Below, piece after piece: positions 37,891 to 50,812 of a DNA stretch of 64,000 nucleotides. A model generated the notes under the pieces. It was not told the origin of the DNA and ran no database searches. It saw only the letters and a program-made list of their open reading frames with translations. Source of the DNA: Azolla caroliniana (lineage: Eukaryota > Plantae > Polypodiophyta); NCBI GenBank assembly GCA_043228905.1, contig JBHGNT010000012.1, forward strand, positions 20,956,001-21,020,000, written 5' to 3'. The translations under genes were made by a program, and so were the position numbers. Position 1 is the first letter of the stretch. Every line of letters begins with the position of its first letter.

Positions 37891-40800
37891 ATATTTTAAG
37901 AGGTCAAAATGGCCTGTAAGATAAACAAGAGATTACATCTTAAAATGTCGTCTCATCTAGAGTAGAATGTGGTTTTTATCTACATGGATGTCTGTGTGCT
38001 TGTGTATCTGGCTAATCATAACATTGGGTATTTGGTTAATCCTGTTGTAAGAAAAGGTTGGAAAATTGTTTGCAAATCAATTTCATGAAAATGATCAAAT
38101 CTTCCTGCTAGTGTAATGACAATGGGATGTATTATTCAGGTTAGACGTCTATTGTGCTCATCAAGACCAGTTGCAGTTCGCATGGCAAACCCGCCTGATG
38201 TTAGTGATCCGGATATTGTTGCACAGCAGCAGGTATGTGTCTGTCATGTTTCTTAATCCTGATTGATGAGGTCTATGAGATTGTCTTCTCATAAGGAAAA
38301 TTGTTGTCTAAATTTAGTGGTTTACATTGTTTAGCCTAGTTATGCCTCTTGATTCTCTCTCTTTATCGCGCTCATAGCTATTCAAGTATCATGTACTATT
38401 GTTCAGGCACAACTATGGCAGCTTGCTCAGAGGACAACTGCATTATCATTTGGTCGTGGAGCTTTTACTCTAGCAACTATGCGGACAGTTCTTACAGAGG
38501 TATTGACTGAATGTTATAACTTGGAGTGTGCATTCATGTCATCTCAAAGTGAGCTTTCAAACCATAATTTCTTTTCTGTCTTGTGTCAGGTGCTAACTAT
38601 TCCAAAGTTAATATTGGCTGGACGGCTTCCTTCACAGCATGATGCTACTGTATGTATACAACGTGAAGTTCATGAATAACATGATATGTTCATATGAAAT
38701 TAACCACAACGCAATTCTGTTCAGCATTTGGGCAATGGTTAGGCATTTGGCTTGTTGACTGCTTGTGATGCATACATGTTGTAGGTAATTGCGCAGAATG
38801 TACTGGAAACAAAATCATATTGAGTTCTGAACCTTATTCCTCACTCCAACCAGCCACATGGAGGATAACAATTACCACTGAACAAATGTCATACTTAGAA
38901 GCCTTTTTGTATAAGTTGTATAGTTATTCACTAGACTTGGGCTCGAAATTATACTATCTTCCCCAGTGAGTTGTGGAACAGGTGCAACTGCCCTAGAATT
39001 GCCTCACCAGATCATTGCCTAGAATTTCTTAACAATTATTAAAGAGAATGTTTAGCATTTATTTAGCTGCTTGTAATTAGCGAAAATTCTGATCCTCTTG
39101 GTAACCTCTGTGAGTTTTGTGATTTCTCATTACATAAGGCCTTCTTGTAGTGATAAAAAAAGCTGTTGTAAAAAGTATGTTGGCATTCATGATAAGTTTA
39201 AAAATGAATATGTTCATCAATGATTAGACACATCTATTTTTGTCCAACTTGATAAAAACTGATGTGAACTGTGTTTGCTTTTCCTGATTATATTGTTTGA
39301 GTAAGAGTCTATTATTTGTGCTATATATGTAGGTTAACTTAGATTCTAGCACAGGGAATTTGTCTGACCTAACATTATGGCCAGAATTTCATAATGGTGT
39401 TGCTGCTGGATTGAGATTAGCTCCATGTCAGGTGAATTCTAATTGTTCAGAATATCAAATTGGAATCCATCAAGATATCTCTTTCTAACGTTTTATTATT
39501 TTTCAGGATAAGATTACCCGAACATGGATTGTGTATAACAGACCAGAGGAACCAAGCTTTGCACATGCTGGCTTGCTCATGTCTCTAGGTCTTCAGGGTC
39601 ATCTAAGAGTTCTTGCTGCAACAGATGTATATCGATATCTTTCACAGGTTGGTAACCAGTGGTATAGATTGATATCCAGTGATCTAAATTTATTTGTTGA
39701 CTCCTGTTTTTCATTCCAGGAGCATGAAGCAACTACTGTTGGCATATTGCTCGGGATGGCTGCAGCTTATAGGGGAACGATGGATCCTGCAATCTCAAAG
39801 GCTATTCTCAAAACTCCTTTATTACTTCAGTTTATTCTTTAAAGCATTGCCATCTGCTCGTATATGGTATAATACTAATTGGTTGCTCTATCCATATGTA
39901 GTGAAATAATTCACTGCTGTATGTCTTTGAAAATGATTTTCCTTATATATTGAATGCATATATGTCGATCATTCTTGGTGTTGGCTAATATAGTTGTATG
40001 GTGCATCCTTAATGAAGACCATTTTATCTTTGAATGCATAGCCAAATAGTTTGCAGGCATAGGTTGATTATGTATATGTGGTTTTCTCTTATTTATTTTG
40101 GTTGTTTCTTGAAGATGAGACAACATTTTAAGATGCAATCTCTTGTTTCGTCCTATATTCCATTTTTGCCCCTTAAAAGGCGTCAATGTATCTTTCTTTC
40201 TTTCGTAGTTACACATATTTTGTTTTATTGTTCTAAAAAACGAGACAACATTTAAGATGTAAATATCTTGTTTGGTTTTATGGACCATTTTGCCATGTTT
40301 TAAGACATTAATATATCTTTCTTTCTTCATTTCCTTACTGCAGATACTTTATCTCCATATTCCTGCACGGCACCCTCCTTCCTTCCCAGAGTTAGAGCTT
40401 CCGACATTAATGCAGGTAAAGTCTATGTCATTTATATACTTATCTATTGTCAACATTAGTTGATTGTTTGCTGCCACTTGAAAGCATAAATTGTTTACTG
40501 AGGGTTTGTTATAGCAAAATAAGAAGTTTCAGCCTCAGTGACTAGTGATGGGTGAGCTACGGATATTCTCCATTTACATTTGAGTTATGTGCGCTTGTAC
40601 TGTATTTAAAGCACTACTCAGAAATTAGAACAGTGCCTTGTGATGGGTGAGCTACGGATATTCAATATTCACTATTTACATTTTATTTATGCACGCTTGC
40701 ACTGTGTTTAGTGTGCTATTTTTTATTTTATGATTAGCACTCTCTTGTTTGAAATAGAATCTTATCTTAGAAGTTAGAATAATGCATGCTTGTACTGTGT

Positions 40801-43800
40801 TTAGTGTGCTATTTTTTATTTTATGAATTTTCTGTTTTCTTTCATATAAGAAATTGGATAAAGATGATTTTTTTACACAAATTCAAGGTATTCATTTGGA
40901 ATTTTGATTTAATTTATTTTTCAAAGTGCACATGTCAATTAAGCTTGAGAATCCATCAGAACTGTGCAAAATAAACTATATACTGCTTTTTTTTTGTACC
41001 AGTCTGCAGCTCTAATGGCTGTAGGAATGCTTTATCAAGGGTCCGCACATCGGTTGACAACAGAAATATTGCTAGTAAGTTTCCAATTCTTGTGGATTTA
41101 TGTTGAATACTGTAAAATGACCCCCTTTGTCCAATGAAAAATGTGGTTTCTGGCGCATACTATTTTTTCTGGTGGTATCCTTAAGTTATAGTCTCTAAAG
41201 ACACCTGGATGCACCCAAAACTTTGTAAAAGCAAAGTAACTATCGTTCACTCAGTATCTTGAATTAATGTTTTCACTAGAACATTGATTATCAAGCATAA
41301 TTGAAAGTAGATAGGCATTAAGCAATTCAGAAAAGATATAGGTGAGAAGAATACAATTCAGTGAAGAACAAATGGAAGACCAAAAGTGGATCAACCATGA
41401 CTAAATAATACATGACAAGGATGATACTTGCATCGGCACCACTTTTGTCATGAAATTTGTACCTTAGTCTGCATGTGAGAAGGTATCCTTCTGTTTTGAT
41501 GCTAGAGAGTAGCATTCTTAGCATTGTTCATGGAAACCAGAGGAAATGGGCTTCGTTCATGTTTCATATGCATTTGAAAAGGTAGGAAACTGTGGGTTTC
41601 TTACAAATATGCTTTCTAACATCTCCCTCAATTCGAAAGAAACTGGTATACTTATATTGAATGACTGAATTGTGTGTTACATGTCAGTTGAATTATATAT
41701 TGCAATGTATGCACAATGCAAATGTTAAAGCACTATGTCAAAAACCCATAAATGAAAATTGTAGAGCATGTATCTAAGGACCTGAGAAATACTAAACCAA
41801 AAAGCTTGGGGTACAAAAGTGATTACTGAAGCTAAAGAAATCATGTATAATATATGGAGTAGAGATCTATTGGGAGTGGACACTAAATAGAGCTGCATGC
41901 AAGAGGTAGTACCTCCATCAGCATGTAGTGGTGTGGATTGAATGTCATGAAAAAACTGTGACAATTCTTGATATAGGGTAGTATTTATCCAAGTCCTAAG
42001 GAGGGAACACAATTTTCCTCCTTGTGGCACTGCAATTGCATTGAAACTGATGTTTAGATTGCAATGGCAATAAGCCAGTACCCTATGGAATCTCTGCCTA
42101 GCATTGAGGCTAATCAAATCCTTATTGACTTTTTTGAAATAAATTTGTTCTTGCTCTTTTTTTATGTAACAGGCAGAAATTGGCCGTAAACCTGGCAGTG
42201 ATAATGTTCTTGAGAGAGAAGGCTATGCTCTTGCGGCAGGTTTGGCATTGGGTTTAGTGACATTAGGTAAACATGTTTTGTTTTGGCATATAATATGGTT
42301 TTTTTTAGAAAGCATATTTTGATCACTTTTCTATTGCAGGAAAGGGAAAAAATGCTTGGGGGTTAGCTGATCTTTCAATTGAAGAGCACTTGCTCTATTA
42401 TATGGCTGGTGGGTCGGAGCCTGGTGAGGTAAGCGGAAATCTAAATATACATGCTTTCAAAAATAAAGTTACCCAAATTGATTTTTCGATTCAAATCGTA
42501 AGTGTGTGCATACAGATCGAGTTAGATGAACTAGCAGATGTCTTCCATCTTAGATGCTCATATTATTGCAGTTGATAAGAAACACAGCTGGGTAAGCAAA
42601 TGGCTTACAATACTTCTATCAAATTTAGCTGCTCTCTAAGCTATCCTCATCCATACTCTATTTTTATATGCCTGCAAAAATGAATCTTTTCAGGCTTCAT
42701 TCATGATCTTTATTCCAGGAAAATGAAGTCAAATTCTGAACACTACGTAGTGTGAGAAGAGATTAGGGTAGGCTTTTTTTGTATACTCTACTATCACCTA
42801 CTCTCTTTGGTCTCTATATAGACAAGATTGGCACTTATGTCATCCAAACAATTTGCTGAACATGGAAATAATCATTGTTGGTATGCTGAAACACAACAAT
42901 GGTTTGAATTACGTGGTATAAGCATAAATGCACTACCCCTGTTCCAACATAGCTTGGATTGTCCTATCTAAACATGACCAAAGTGGAAAAGAATAGAGTG
43001 ATCCAAATTGATGTTATCAACTTTGAAAACAAAATAATCTGAGCAGAGATGGGGCATGCCCCATTAATCACCGAGGCATTATTTTGGTTAATGACCAATA
43101 TCCAATGGCTTTGGGAGTTCCTTAAACAAAGGTACTTAATATTGGTACTTATGTTGTCAGAACAACTTGCTGAACATGGAGATATTCATTGTTGGTGTGC
43201 TGAAAGGCAATAATGGTTAAGAGTCACATGGCATAAACATTAATCCACTACCCCTACACCAATATAGCTTGGATTGTCCCCATTTAAACATGACCAAAGT
43301 GGAAAACAATAGAGTGATCTGAACTGATATTATCAAGATGTAAAACAAAATAACATGGATCACTTGGTAGGAGGATAGTACACTATAAGACACATTTTGC
43401 ACACATTGGAGGATGAATTCATCATGAGGCCCTCTTATATGGACATACATCTATTGTATGCGCTGCATAATGTGATAGGGCAGTTGCGAACGTCTTCAAA
43501 TAAGGTAAAGATTTGAGGTAGTCAAATATGCATGAATACCTCTAGAAGATTTGTGTCATCAGGGAGTGGGATTGGAAGAATTCTATGTTTGTGATTGTGC
43601 TGTTTTTTATGAAATAAGGGGGAGATACCAGTTGCCTCTTCAAGCAAGGCTTCAGTCCTGTATGCAAGGTAATGGAATTTGAGAACCAACCATGCTTGGG
43701 GATTTTCTTACTAGAACTCAAGGAATGTGCATTCTTGGTGCCTTATGCAACTGTGGGGCACTAGCCAGGTGCCCCCTGCTTTTCATTTTCTTGTATTGTA

Positions 43801-46800
43801 TCTTTTGGGGCCCTCTATTGATTTGCCCCCTAAACCCTAAACCAACACATACTGTCAGCCTCTTTGCGACGTGTTATACAATGGAGATGCTGTTCACATG
43901 TCTTGATTTTGAACCTCGATACGTAGGTACTCTTCCGTGTCCAACAATATGGTTATCGAGTTTAGCTAGTATATAGCATGTTCAAATTTATATGAATGTA
44001 TTTGCAAATATTCTATGTTATAAATTTTATGTACATCATTTTACTCTTTTTGGAAAACTACAATGACTGAAAATCATGGCCATGGAGGATACTGTGAAGT
44101 TGTATTGAAGTAAAGTATGTTATGATTGCTAATGTCCCTAATGTTATTATGCATTTTAAAATTGATTTTGTAGCAGGGATGCCACTATAAGCATGATGGA
44201 TTATTCAATAGTTTTGTGAATAATGCTAAGAACGTCGACGATCTCTATCAAAATAATGGGCAGGTATCTCTCTAAACTTGTAAAAGTATTCGAAAGGGAA
44301 AACCTGGATTCTTGTAATATCTACTTTTAGATGTTGGACACTAGATGTTTGCCTACCAAGACTTCTGCCATTTGCTTTGGTTGTGTACTGTTTTGATACT
44401 TTTATATTTTTGCAGGTCATGGAAGGTTCAATAGTGAACCTTGATGTCACAGCACCCGGAGCAACCCTTGCACTTGGTCTGATGTTTTTGAAGGTGATGT
44501 CTGAATTCCTGAACTTCTAAATGGCTTGATTTCTCCAGAGAAAGCAAAATAGTATTTATATGGATTGAATGGCAGACCAATAACCAGGAAGTGGCTGCTC
44601 GACTTGCAACACCTGACACTCATTTCGCACTGGAATATGTTCGCCCGGACTTCATACTTATCCGTGTTGTTGCACGCAATTTGATCTTATGGGATAGGTA
44701 ACATACCTCATGACTGAGTTTTGTCATAAATTGGTTCCCAATATATATCTACCATCAAATAAACATGTTCGGAAATAGTGTTCAGGCAACAGAGGAGTGG
44801 GTTCAAGCACAAATACCTGCAATAATAAAGGATTATCTTGCCATGTCATCAAAGGATAAAGAAGATTCTGAACTTCCTGCTGGGGATGTAGACATGGAAG
44901 CCCTAGCACAAGCACATGTGAATGTTCTAGCAGGAGCATGCTTGTCTATTGGTATGATTCCATGTGTTTATGAGCTTTATTATTAAATGATAGACTAAGC
45001 TCTAAGCAAGATACTAATTTTTGTGTTTTGTTTTCTCAGGTTTAAGGTTTGCTGGGACTGCAAGCGCTGATGCTCAGGAATTACTGTATCGTTATGCCCT
45101 TTATTTTCTTAAAGAGGTCCTATACAGAGCTTTTCTATGTTCAAAGATGAATTCCAATCTTTGTTGTAAACATTTTGTAGAATGCAAGAGCTTGTAGTAG
45201 TATCTCACTCATTTATATATCTCATTCATCACGACAGAAAAGGTCCGCTGCTGTCCTAGGAGGTACAATTGGTCCAAATGGCAGATCCTCTTATGTTGAT
45301 CGTGGCACATTAGAAACATGCTTGAATGTTACTATCTTATCTCTCAGCGTGGTAATGGGATCCTACTGCCAACTTTTTGAAACTATTATGAAGAAAACTT
45401 GCACTTATGGGGATCACTTGGAACAATATCTGACATTATATTTTTACAGGTAATGGCAGGTACTGGTCATGTAGGTACGTTTAAGCTCCTTCGATACTTA
45501 CGAAGAAGAAATGATGTTGATGGTGCAATCAGTTATGGAAATCATACAGCTGTAAGTCCCACCAACTAAGCTGTGTTTTGTTTCCAACCTGATGTGCAGT
45601 ATTGTCATTTAGGTTTATATTGACTTTTCCGTGGCTTTGTTTCATATAATTTTTTCATTTGAAAAGCTCAAAAGCACTGGTTGATTCTCAGATCAGCATG
45701 GCTATTGGATTCCTATTCTTAGGAGGTGGTACTGCAACCTTTTCAACAAATAATAATGCAGTTGCAGCTCTACTTATTGCATTATATCCCCGATTTCCAA
45801 CAGCTCCAAATGATCATCGATGTCATCTGCAGGTTCCTTCATTTTGAACTTCCCAAGTGTGCTTGTAATAATTTAAATGTGACTCTATTAATATGCATCC
45901 CGTTTTTGTCTAAAAGAAAGAAAAATATGGTAAGAAAGTACTCATATTTCTCTCAGTCTAAAACATACTTGTATCATTATCAATGGTACCAAAGACTTGT
46001 ATCTGCTAATTTATGAACTTGTATGACAAATTTTTGTATAAAAGGTTATTTTTTCCATATATAGGCTTTTCGGCACCTTTATGTCCTGGCCACAGAGCCA
46101 CGGTGTATCCAGACAATTGATGTTGACACAGGTCTTCCAGTATATGCACCGCTTGAAATAACAATGCAAGAGACCTTGTCACATTCTGAAACTACATTTT
46201 GCCAAGTTTCTCCTTGTCTTTTGCCAGAACGTTGCCTGGTACGGTTTTCTTTCATTTTCCAATTCTTGAACACTTGTACATTTCTTAATTCAACATATAA
46301 CATTGCCCTTTCCAGCTTAAACGTGTTCGTATTTGTGGACCACGTTATTGGCCTCAGGATATAAGGCTGTCTCCTTGTGGTGAGCAAAAAAGTTAAGGAT
46401 TTGACAGAAGTTTCAGTTTTTATCCTGATAATGACATTCTAATCTTACTTGACAGATTCACCATGGTGGCACTCTACTGACATGAGTCATCCCTTTCCAA
46501 AGGGTGTAATTCTTGTGAAGCGTAAGGTTGCGTCAAGAACATATGGTGATGATCCAATAGGGAGGCGTTCGCTTCTTTCTCGTACATTGCAAAAGGTAAG
46601 ATGGTCACAAACCACTTAGTCTTTTTTTTCATATGGGGTTTTTGAAAAGTAAGTAGATTTATATCTTTATTCTTTCAGAACTTGAAGGATGATAGTGATG
46701 GAGACAAAGAGGTAGACAAGTTAGTGAGCACATTCTCCGCCGATCCGAGCCTTTTGGCATTTGCTCAGTTCTTCTGCACATATCGCCAGAGAAGGTATGC

Positions 46801-49155
46801 ACCATTCTAACTATGATTCTATATTTAAAAGGCTTGTGTACAAATATGTTGAAGGGAAAGATACAATTGGTGGCTCTCCCTTCATGGGGTGGTGTAACAT
46901 AGGACATGGAAGAAGAGAGACACAGAAGAGAACCCTAATTCTTCTGCACTATGTGCTATAGATTTCGAACACTACTTATGTAACTAATGAAAGATGATCA
47001 TTTAAATGAGAGTGGAGAGGAGAATGAAGATGAGGATGAAGGTAGTAATTGACCACAATTTGGTCCAGGAGTCGCAAACTCAAATAATTTAAAACTTTTG
47101 AATCTTACACACCAAACCAAACCTTGAAACCTTTAAACCAAAAAAATTTGAGGGATTTTCGAGCTCAACCCAATGGTTCACAAGATTTACAAATTGTATG
47201 CCAAGGATTCTCAGTTTGATTGTCGGCTCAAAGTGAATTATTGGTGATTGTACTCCTCAATTTTAATTTTTCAGTAAATGCTTATTAATTTTTTTTAAAC
47301 TTAAACCCTTGAACCCCCAAGCCAATCAAAACTAAACCCAATCAAACTGTTTACAAATCTCCGAACCTGAACCAAACTGAACTGAACCGGCTAAGCCATT
47401 TAACTGGCTCGGTTTGGCCCAAACAGAACTGTTGCTGATTCTTAGGTGAAGGACAGACCAAGAGAGGATAGGGAGTGAGAGAAGAATAATGGATGTATAA
47501 AATGAACATGTATGCAAACACAAATGGATAACTGTATTTAAAACAAATGGATAACTGTATTTAAGGCCTTGTGAATAACCTTATTCTTAATATCTTCCTG
47601 AAAATGAAATGGGAGGAGTAAGCTTGCGATAAAGAAGTCCGTTCTTTATGCTAGTTATGTGAGAGAGTGAATGATCACGGATAGAAGCACATACAGGAGC
47701 GGAGAAGGGGGTCACAGTAAGCAAAACTGGATGACTGGAAGAGCTCACTATTAATAATATGAACAACCATTAGAAGTAAGAATGAAGTTAGAGTTACATG
47801 TAAAATGCTAACTTGCCTAAGTACTATGTACCACCACATATGATTATATCATGTATATGTGATTACATGTAAAAAGTGCCCTCGTATAGTGAAATGGTTC
47901 ACATCAAAGCTACTTGAGGGACACATTGGTGTAACACTTTTAAAAAATTCTTAATAGATTTGAGATATCATTTGCTCTTAATACAACAGCTGTTTGTATG
48001 CGTATTTTAGGAACTATTGCTCACTCCAATATAATCACCCTTTCTGGAGTTGCTGAGATTGTTATTTGAATGTTTGTTTCTATAGGATCATTTATTCTAT
48101 TTGGTAAGCTAGTTTTCTCCTATATTGGCGCTGGTATTGGTCTTAAGGGTTTTAATGGTGTATGTTGTCTTTCTAGAACGGACAATCAATTTCAGGAGTT
48201 CTGCTTACAGGCATTGCTTGAATGTGTGAGCTCAGACAAGCCTGCACTTTTACATGTATGTATTGAAACCTCAAGTTTAAATGGATTCCTTTCATGAGCT
48301 TATCTTTGACATGAGCACTATTTTTTGTGAATCCTTTTCATTTTCAGGTGTACCTTTCTTTTTACACTACTGTTGAAGAATTCATTGACAGTACAAGAGG
48401 TCATACCTTAACATCAAGCAACCACTGGTGTAGATCTATGTCACTTTGTAGCCTGAAAGTAGGTTGCTTGCTTTTTTTCTTTATGTCCTTGCAGAACAGA
48501 ATATAATAATTATTCCTAGGGCAAAATTTTAATCAGATGAATACCAACGTGACACTGCTGTACCTATCTGCTTATATTCAGAAGTAGAGGGGCTTCCCCA
48601 GTGCAGTAGTCAATGTTAATCTAGGCACTCAGAAAAATATTCAGAATTTGAGGAAGGTGGAAAGGAACCCAACATTTTTTGTGAGATTGTAGAAATTGAA
48701 TTGACCTTTCTGTTTCTTTTTGTCAGATTGCACTAGTATATAGTGAGGCAGTCGTATCCCGAGCGCTACAACTCCAAGGAGGACCATTGCTACAGCAGAC
48801 CTTTCTGTTGGCTCTTTCAAAGCAGATAGATCACATTTTGGATGCCACTTTCTTTCAAAGTAAAGGTGGCTGGTTACAGAATGACCTTCAAACGTATTTG
48901 AAGAACTTCATCAGTGAAGATGGCTGGAAAAATATAAAAGATCCATTCTTAGTTTCGCAATATCTGCGGTGGTACGACATTCCACGGCCGTCTTTAATCA
49001 GCAATGGCCTCGATCAGTTGCTGGGCTGCCTACCTTTTCTTAGCTCCATCAGTACAGATACTGCAAGCCTTTTGCCTTTCTTGGCTTTATTGTTCCCTGG
49101 ATCAGCAACGAAAGCTCTAACGCAAATCTCTCCGTTGTTGTGTAGTAGCTCTTGA
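22854..49155 (+). CDS. APC1: Anaphase-promoting complex subunit 1, about 37 exons
   Basis: Approximate exon starts: 22854, 23997, 27083, 27292, 32657, 33949, 34197, 34455, 35934, 36211, 36802, 37376, 38140, 38407, 38590, 39333, 39507, 39720, 40344, 41003, 42173, 42340, 44174/7, 44416, 44576, 44779, 45040, 45238, 45450, 45692, 46065, 46316, 46456, 46679, 48177, 48348, 48727. Motifs: LCVLGAFQPFG, LQHPLEEPQ, LDRLPAGVSLPLR, LRFGSDLRLNEVRRLL, WPEFHNGVAAGLR, PC repeats (HAGLLMSLGLQGHL; EREGYALAAGLALG; NLDVTAPGATLALGLMFLK), HLQAFRHLYVLA, GPRYW, FSADPSLLAFA. Confidence 0.95.
23240..23780. repeat. Degenerate ~212-bp tandem repeat (about 2.5-3 units) in APC1 intron 1
   Basis: TCACTTGCT...ATAAGA.GT recurs at ~23320, 23532 and 23745; (C/T/A)AATTTG..TA(A/G)GAA recurs at ~23245, 23455 and 23672. 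Confidence 0.65.
24225..26963 (+). mobile_element. 5'-truncated, decayed LINE (RT + CCHC C-terminus + 3' tail) in APC1 intron 2
   Basis: KAQDHDG...FPTRWIEHTIVPIFKSGD, LLYADHIVL (~24875-24900), LFTPILLYGVETWGP, EERICQLCHKVVES(G)EHY. Collinear with the minus-strand copy at 28254-31480. Degenerate tail ends ~26963. Confidence 0.9.
28143..28204 (+). mobile_element. Isolated LINE 3' tail (plus), inverted relative to the neighbouring element
   Basis: TGTTTGGTATTATAGGCCATTTTGGCCTCTTAAAAGACGTTAATATATCTTTTTCTTTCTC. Confidence 0.85.
28254..31480 (-). mobile_element. LINE (APE endonuclease-RT-CCHC; RTE-X-like by inference), 5'-truncated, with internal RT deletion, in APC1 intron 4
   Basis: IILLGDFNAQT (APE, ~31340), ADHAYL, GFRKGFTTLDHIFTL and YCCFVDFRKAFDTV (RT), YTYLG, LLYGVETWG, LRTSSHQLQIEVG..ERICQLC..ESEEHYVCHC, then a 3' UTR ending in (TTTC)n at ~28254. 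Several stops and frameshifts. Confidence 0.93.
31481..31945 (-). mobile_element. Second LINE copy, 3'-terminal ~460 bp, abutting the 5' end of the previous copy
   Basis: Near-identical to 28254-28750 (GHNKGVTIDRA, 3' UTR, tail). Confidence 0.9.
35029..35435. repeat. Tandem duplication, 2 x ~203 bp, APC1 intron 8
   Basis: AGAATACCCGAC... starts at 35029 and 35231; both end in AATATACACCAC; few mismatches. Confidence 0.95.
37847..37960 (-). mobile_element. LINE 3' tail ending in a (TA)n microsatellite
   Basis: (TA)n at ~37847-37887 adjoins TTAAGAGGTCAAAATGGCCTGTAAGATAAACAAGAGATTACATCTTAAAATGTCGTCTC, the reverse complement of the tail. Confidence 0.8.
40090..40328 (+). mobile_element. Two LINE 3' tails head-to-tail next to an APC1 splice acceptor
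   Basis: GAGACAACATTT(T)AAGATG...(TTTC)n at ~40090-40204 and ~40215-40328. Confidence 0.85.
42825..43725 (+). mobile_element. Rearranged LINE ORF2 C-terminal fragment in APC1 intron 22
   Basis: Matches the 28800-29520 region (CPHLNMTKVE.NRVI, EMGHAPLITEALF, LFKQGF); the segment ~42828-43040 is repeated at ~43141-43360. Confidence 0.85.
46960..47432. mobile_element. Probable DNA-transposon (hAT/MITE-like) remnant with a related copy at ~49590-49790
   Basis: Clustered CCGAACC/GAACTGAACCGG/CTCGGTTTGG motifs at 47360-47420. AAACCTT(T)AAACCAAAA...GAAT(T/C)ATTGGT.ATTGTAC is shared with 49615-49770. Confidence 0.4.
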
Positions 49156-50614
49156 GCCATCTAGGCAAAAAAGAAAAAGCCATATCAATGGTTCTTTGAT
49201 TCGGAAGTGTATTTTTCTTACTGACAATAAGCTATCATAATAATATTTGCTGCCATGATTTTTACAAAGCTCGTCTTTCTTTTTGCCCATAAACATACTT
49301 GTATTTATATTTTCCCAACCTATGTGCAATTTACGGTCTTTGTTTGATGGTTCAAGCTGTGCAGTGTATCGACTTTGAACAAGGTACATGTCACATACTC
49401 GTAATCCGATTATAAGTTGCCTTGCATCACAGATCCTTGAGTCACATCCTCAATTCATCTGACAAATGTGGAAGCATATGGGAAATTGTCACATGCTGTC
49501 TTTTCCTGTGGGGTGGTTTAGATGGTGTTGAGGGATGACAAGATATTGGTTACCTATTATTGCATATGCTCACACATAGTTCCTTGAAAAATTTGTTTGG
49601 AGTCAAGACTGTGAAACCTTAAACCAAAACAGTTTGAAGAATTCTTATGCTCAAATGACATGGTTCAAGAGATCTCAAAATTGTTGGTAAAATGACATGG
49701 TTCAAGGTTTTAAGCTATGAGTTCATATTTTGGTTTTCAGTCAAATCGAATCATTGGTAATTGTACGCTCAACTTTTAACACTTCAATAAAGAAACTAAG
49801 TTAAAATTTCTTAATAATATTATTACATATTACATAATTCATAAAGTTATTCGTCATATTTTTTATAAATCATAACTATATGTCCCATCCTCTAAAAAAT
49901 GCAATCTAATCAAAGTTCTAAAAAAAGACCATGCTAACTAACTATCAAAATCATTAATGATTATTCAATGCTAATCAAGTAAAATCATTAATAACTATTC
50001 AAACATCTTAGGTCTCTCAAAATTGGGAGTGCTAATAAATAGGCTATCTATACATTGTCACATGTATGCATAAAGCCTCCGCTTGAATGGTGGTGCGACA
50101 AATAGGAATTTCTCACAAATTTGTATTCTCATGTTGTAGGTGGCAGCAAAGTAGAAAAACATAAAAGTGTATATTTTGAACATGGAAGTTATGTTTCTTT
50201 TGTCATTGCCATAACGGAAGTTAATGCAATTGCTCACAAACATGCTGGCTCTAAAAAGAGTACACATATTTCAAGGAGGAACGATGAGTTTTATTTGCAT
50301 GTTCGTGAATAAAATATGATCATATGGGCAAATAATGGACTCGTGGGAACATGTGAAGACATTAATATATCTTTCTGCTTCTTTCTTTCTCTTAGAAGAT
50401 ATTAATATATCTTTCTTTCAATACGGTAAGGACACGAACCACTCGTGCGATCGTCTGAGCCTGCCTTCATTTCCATTTTCTTTATTTTGGTTCAAACCCA
50501 CTCATTTTATCGGCTCTTAGAATATATTTGTGCACTTTGTGTTTGGATGTCCGCAAAGAAGTCTGCGTCTGTGTGTCCAAATTGTGGAAAGTAACCCCAT
50601 GCCTCTAGCTACTT

Positions 50615-50812
50615 TACGTACATAGACATATACAATACATACAAACACACAATACAATACAAATACATATACATATACAACACATATAAATATTTACATA
50701 CATATACATATACATAAACATATACGTATACACACATACGTACGTACGTACATATGTATATACATATATACATATATACGTGTATGTATGTATATACGTT
50801 TAAATACATACA
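50615..50812. repeat. Compound (TACA/TA) low-complexity microsatellite upstream of the RRM gene
   Basis: About 200 bp of mostly alternating purine/pyrimidine TACA/TATA/TACG units. Confidence 0.9.

Noticed and set aside
44260-44275. U12-type intron donor (GTATCT)
   Set aside because: Does not match GTATCCTT, and no U12 branch motif was seen.
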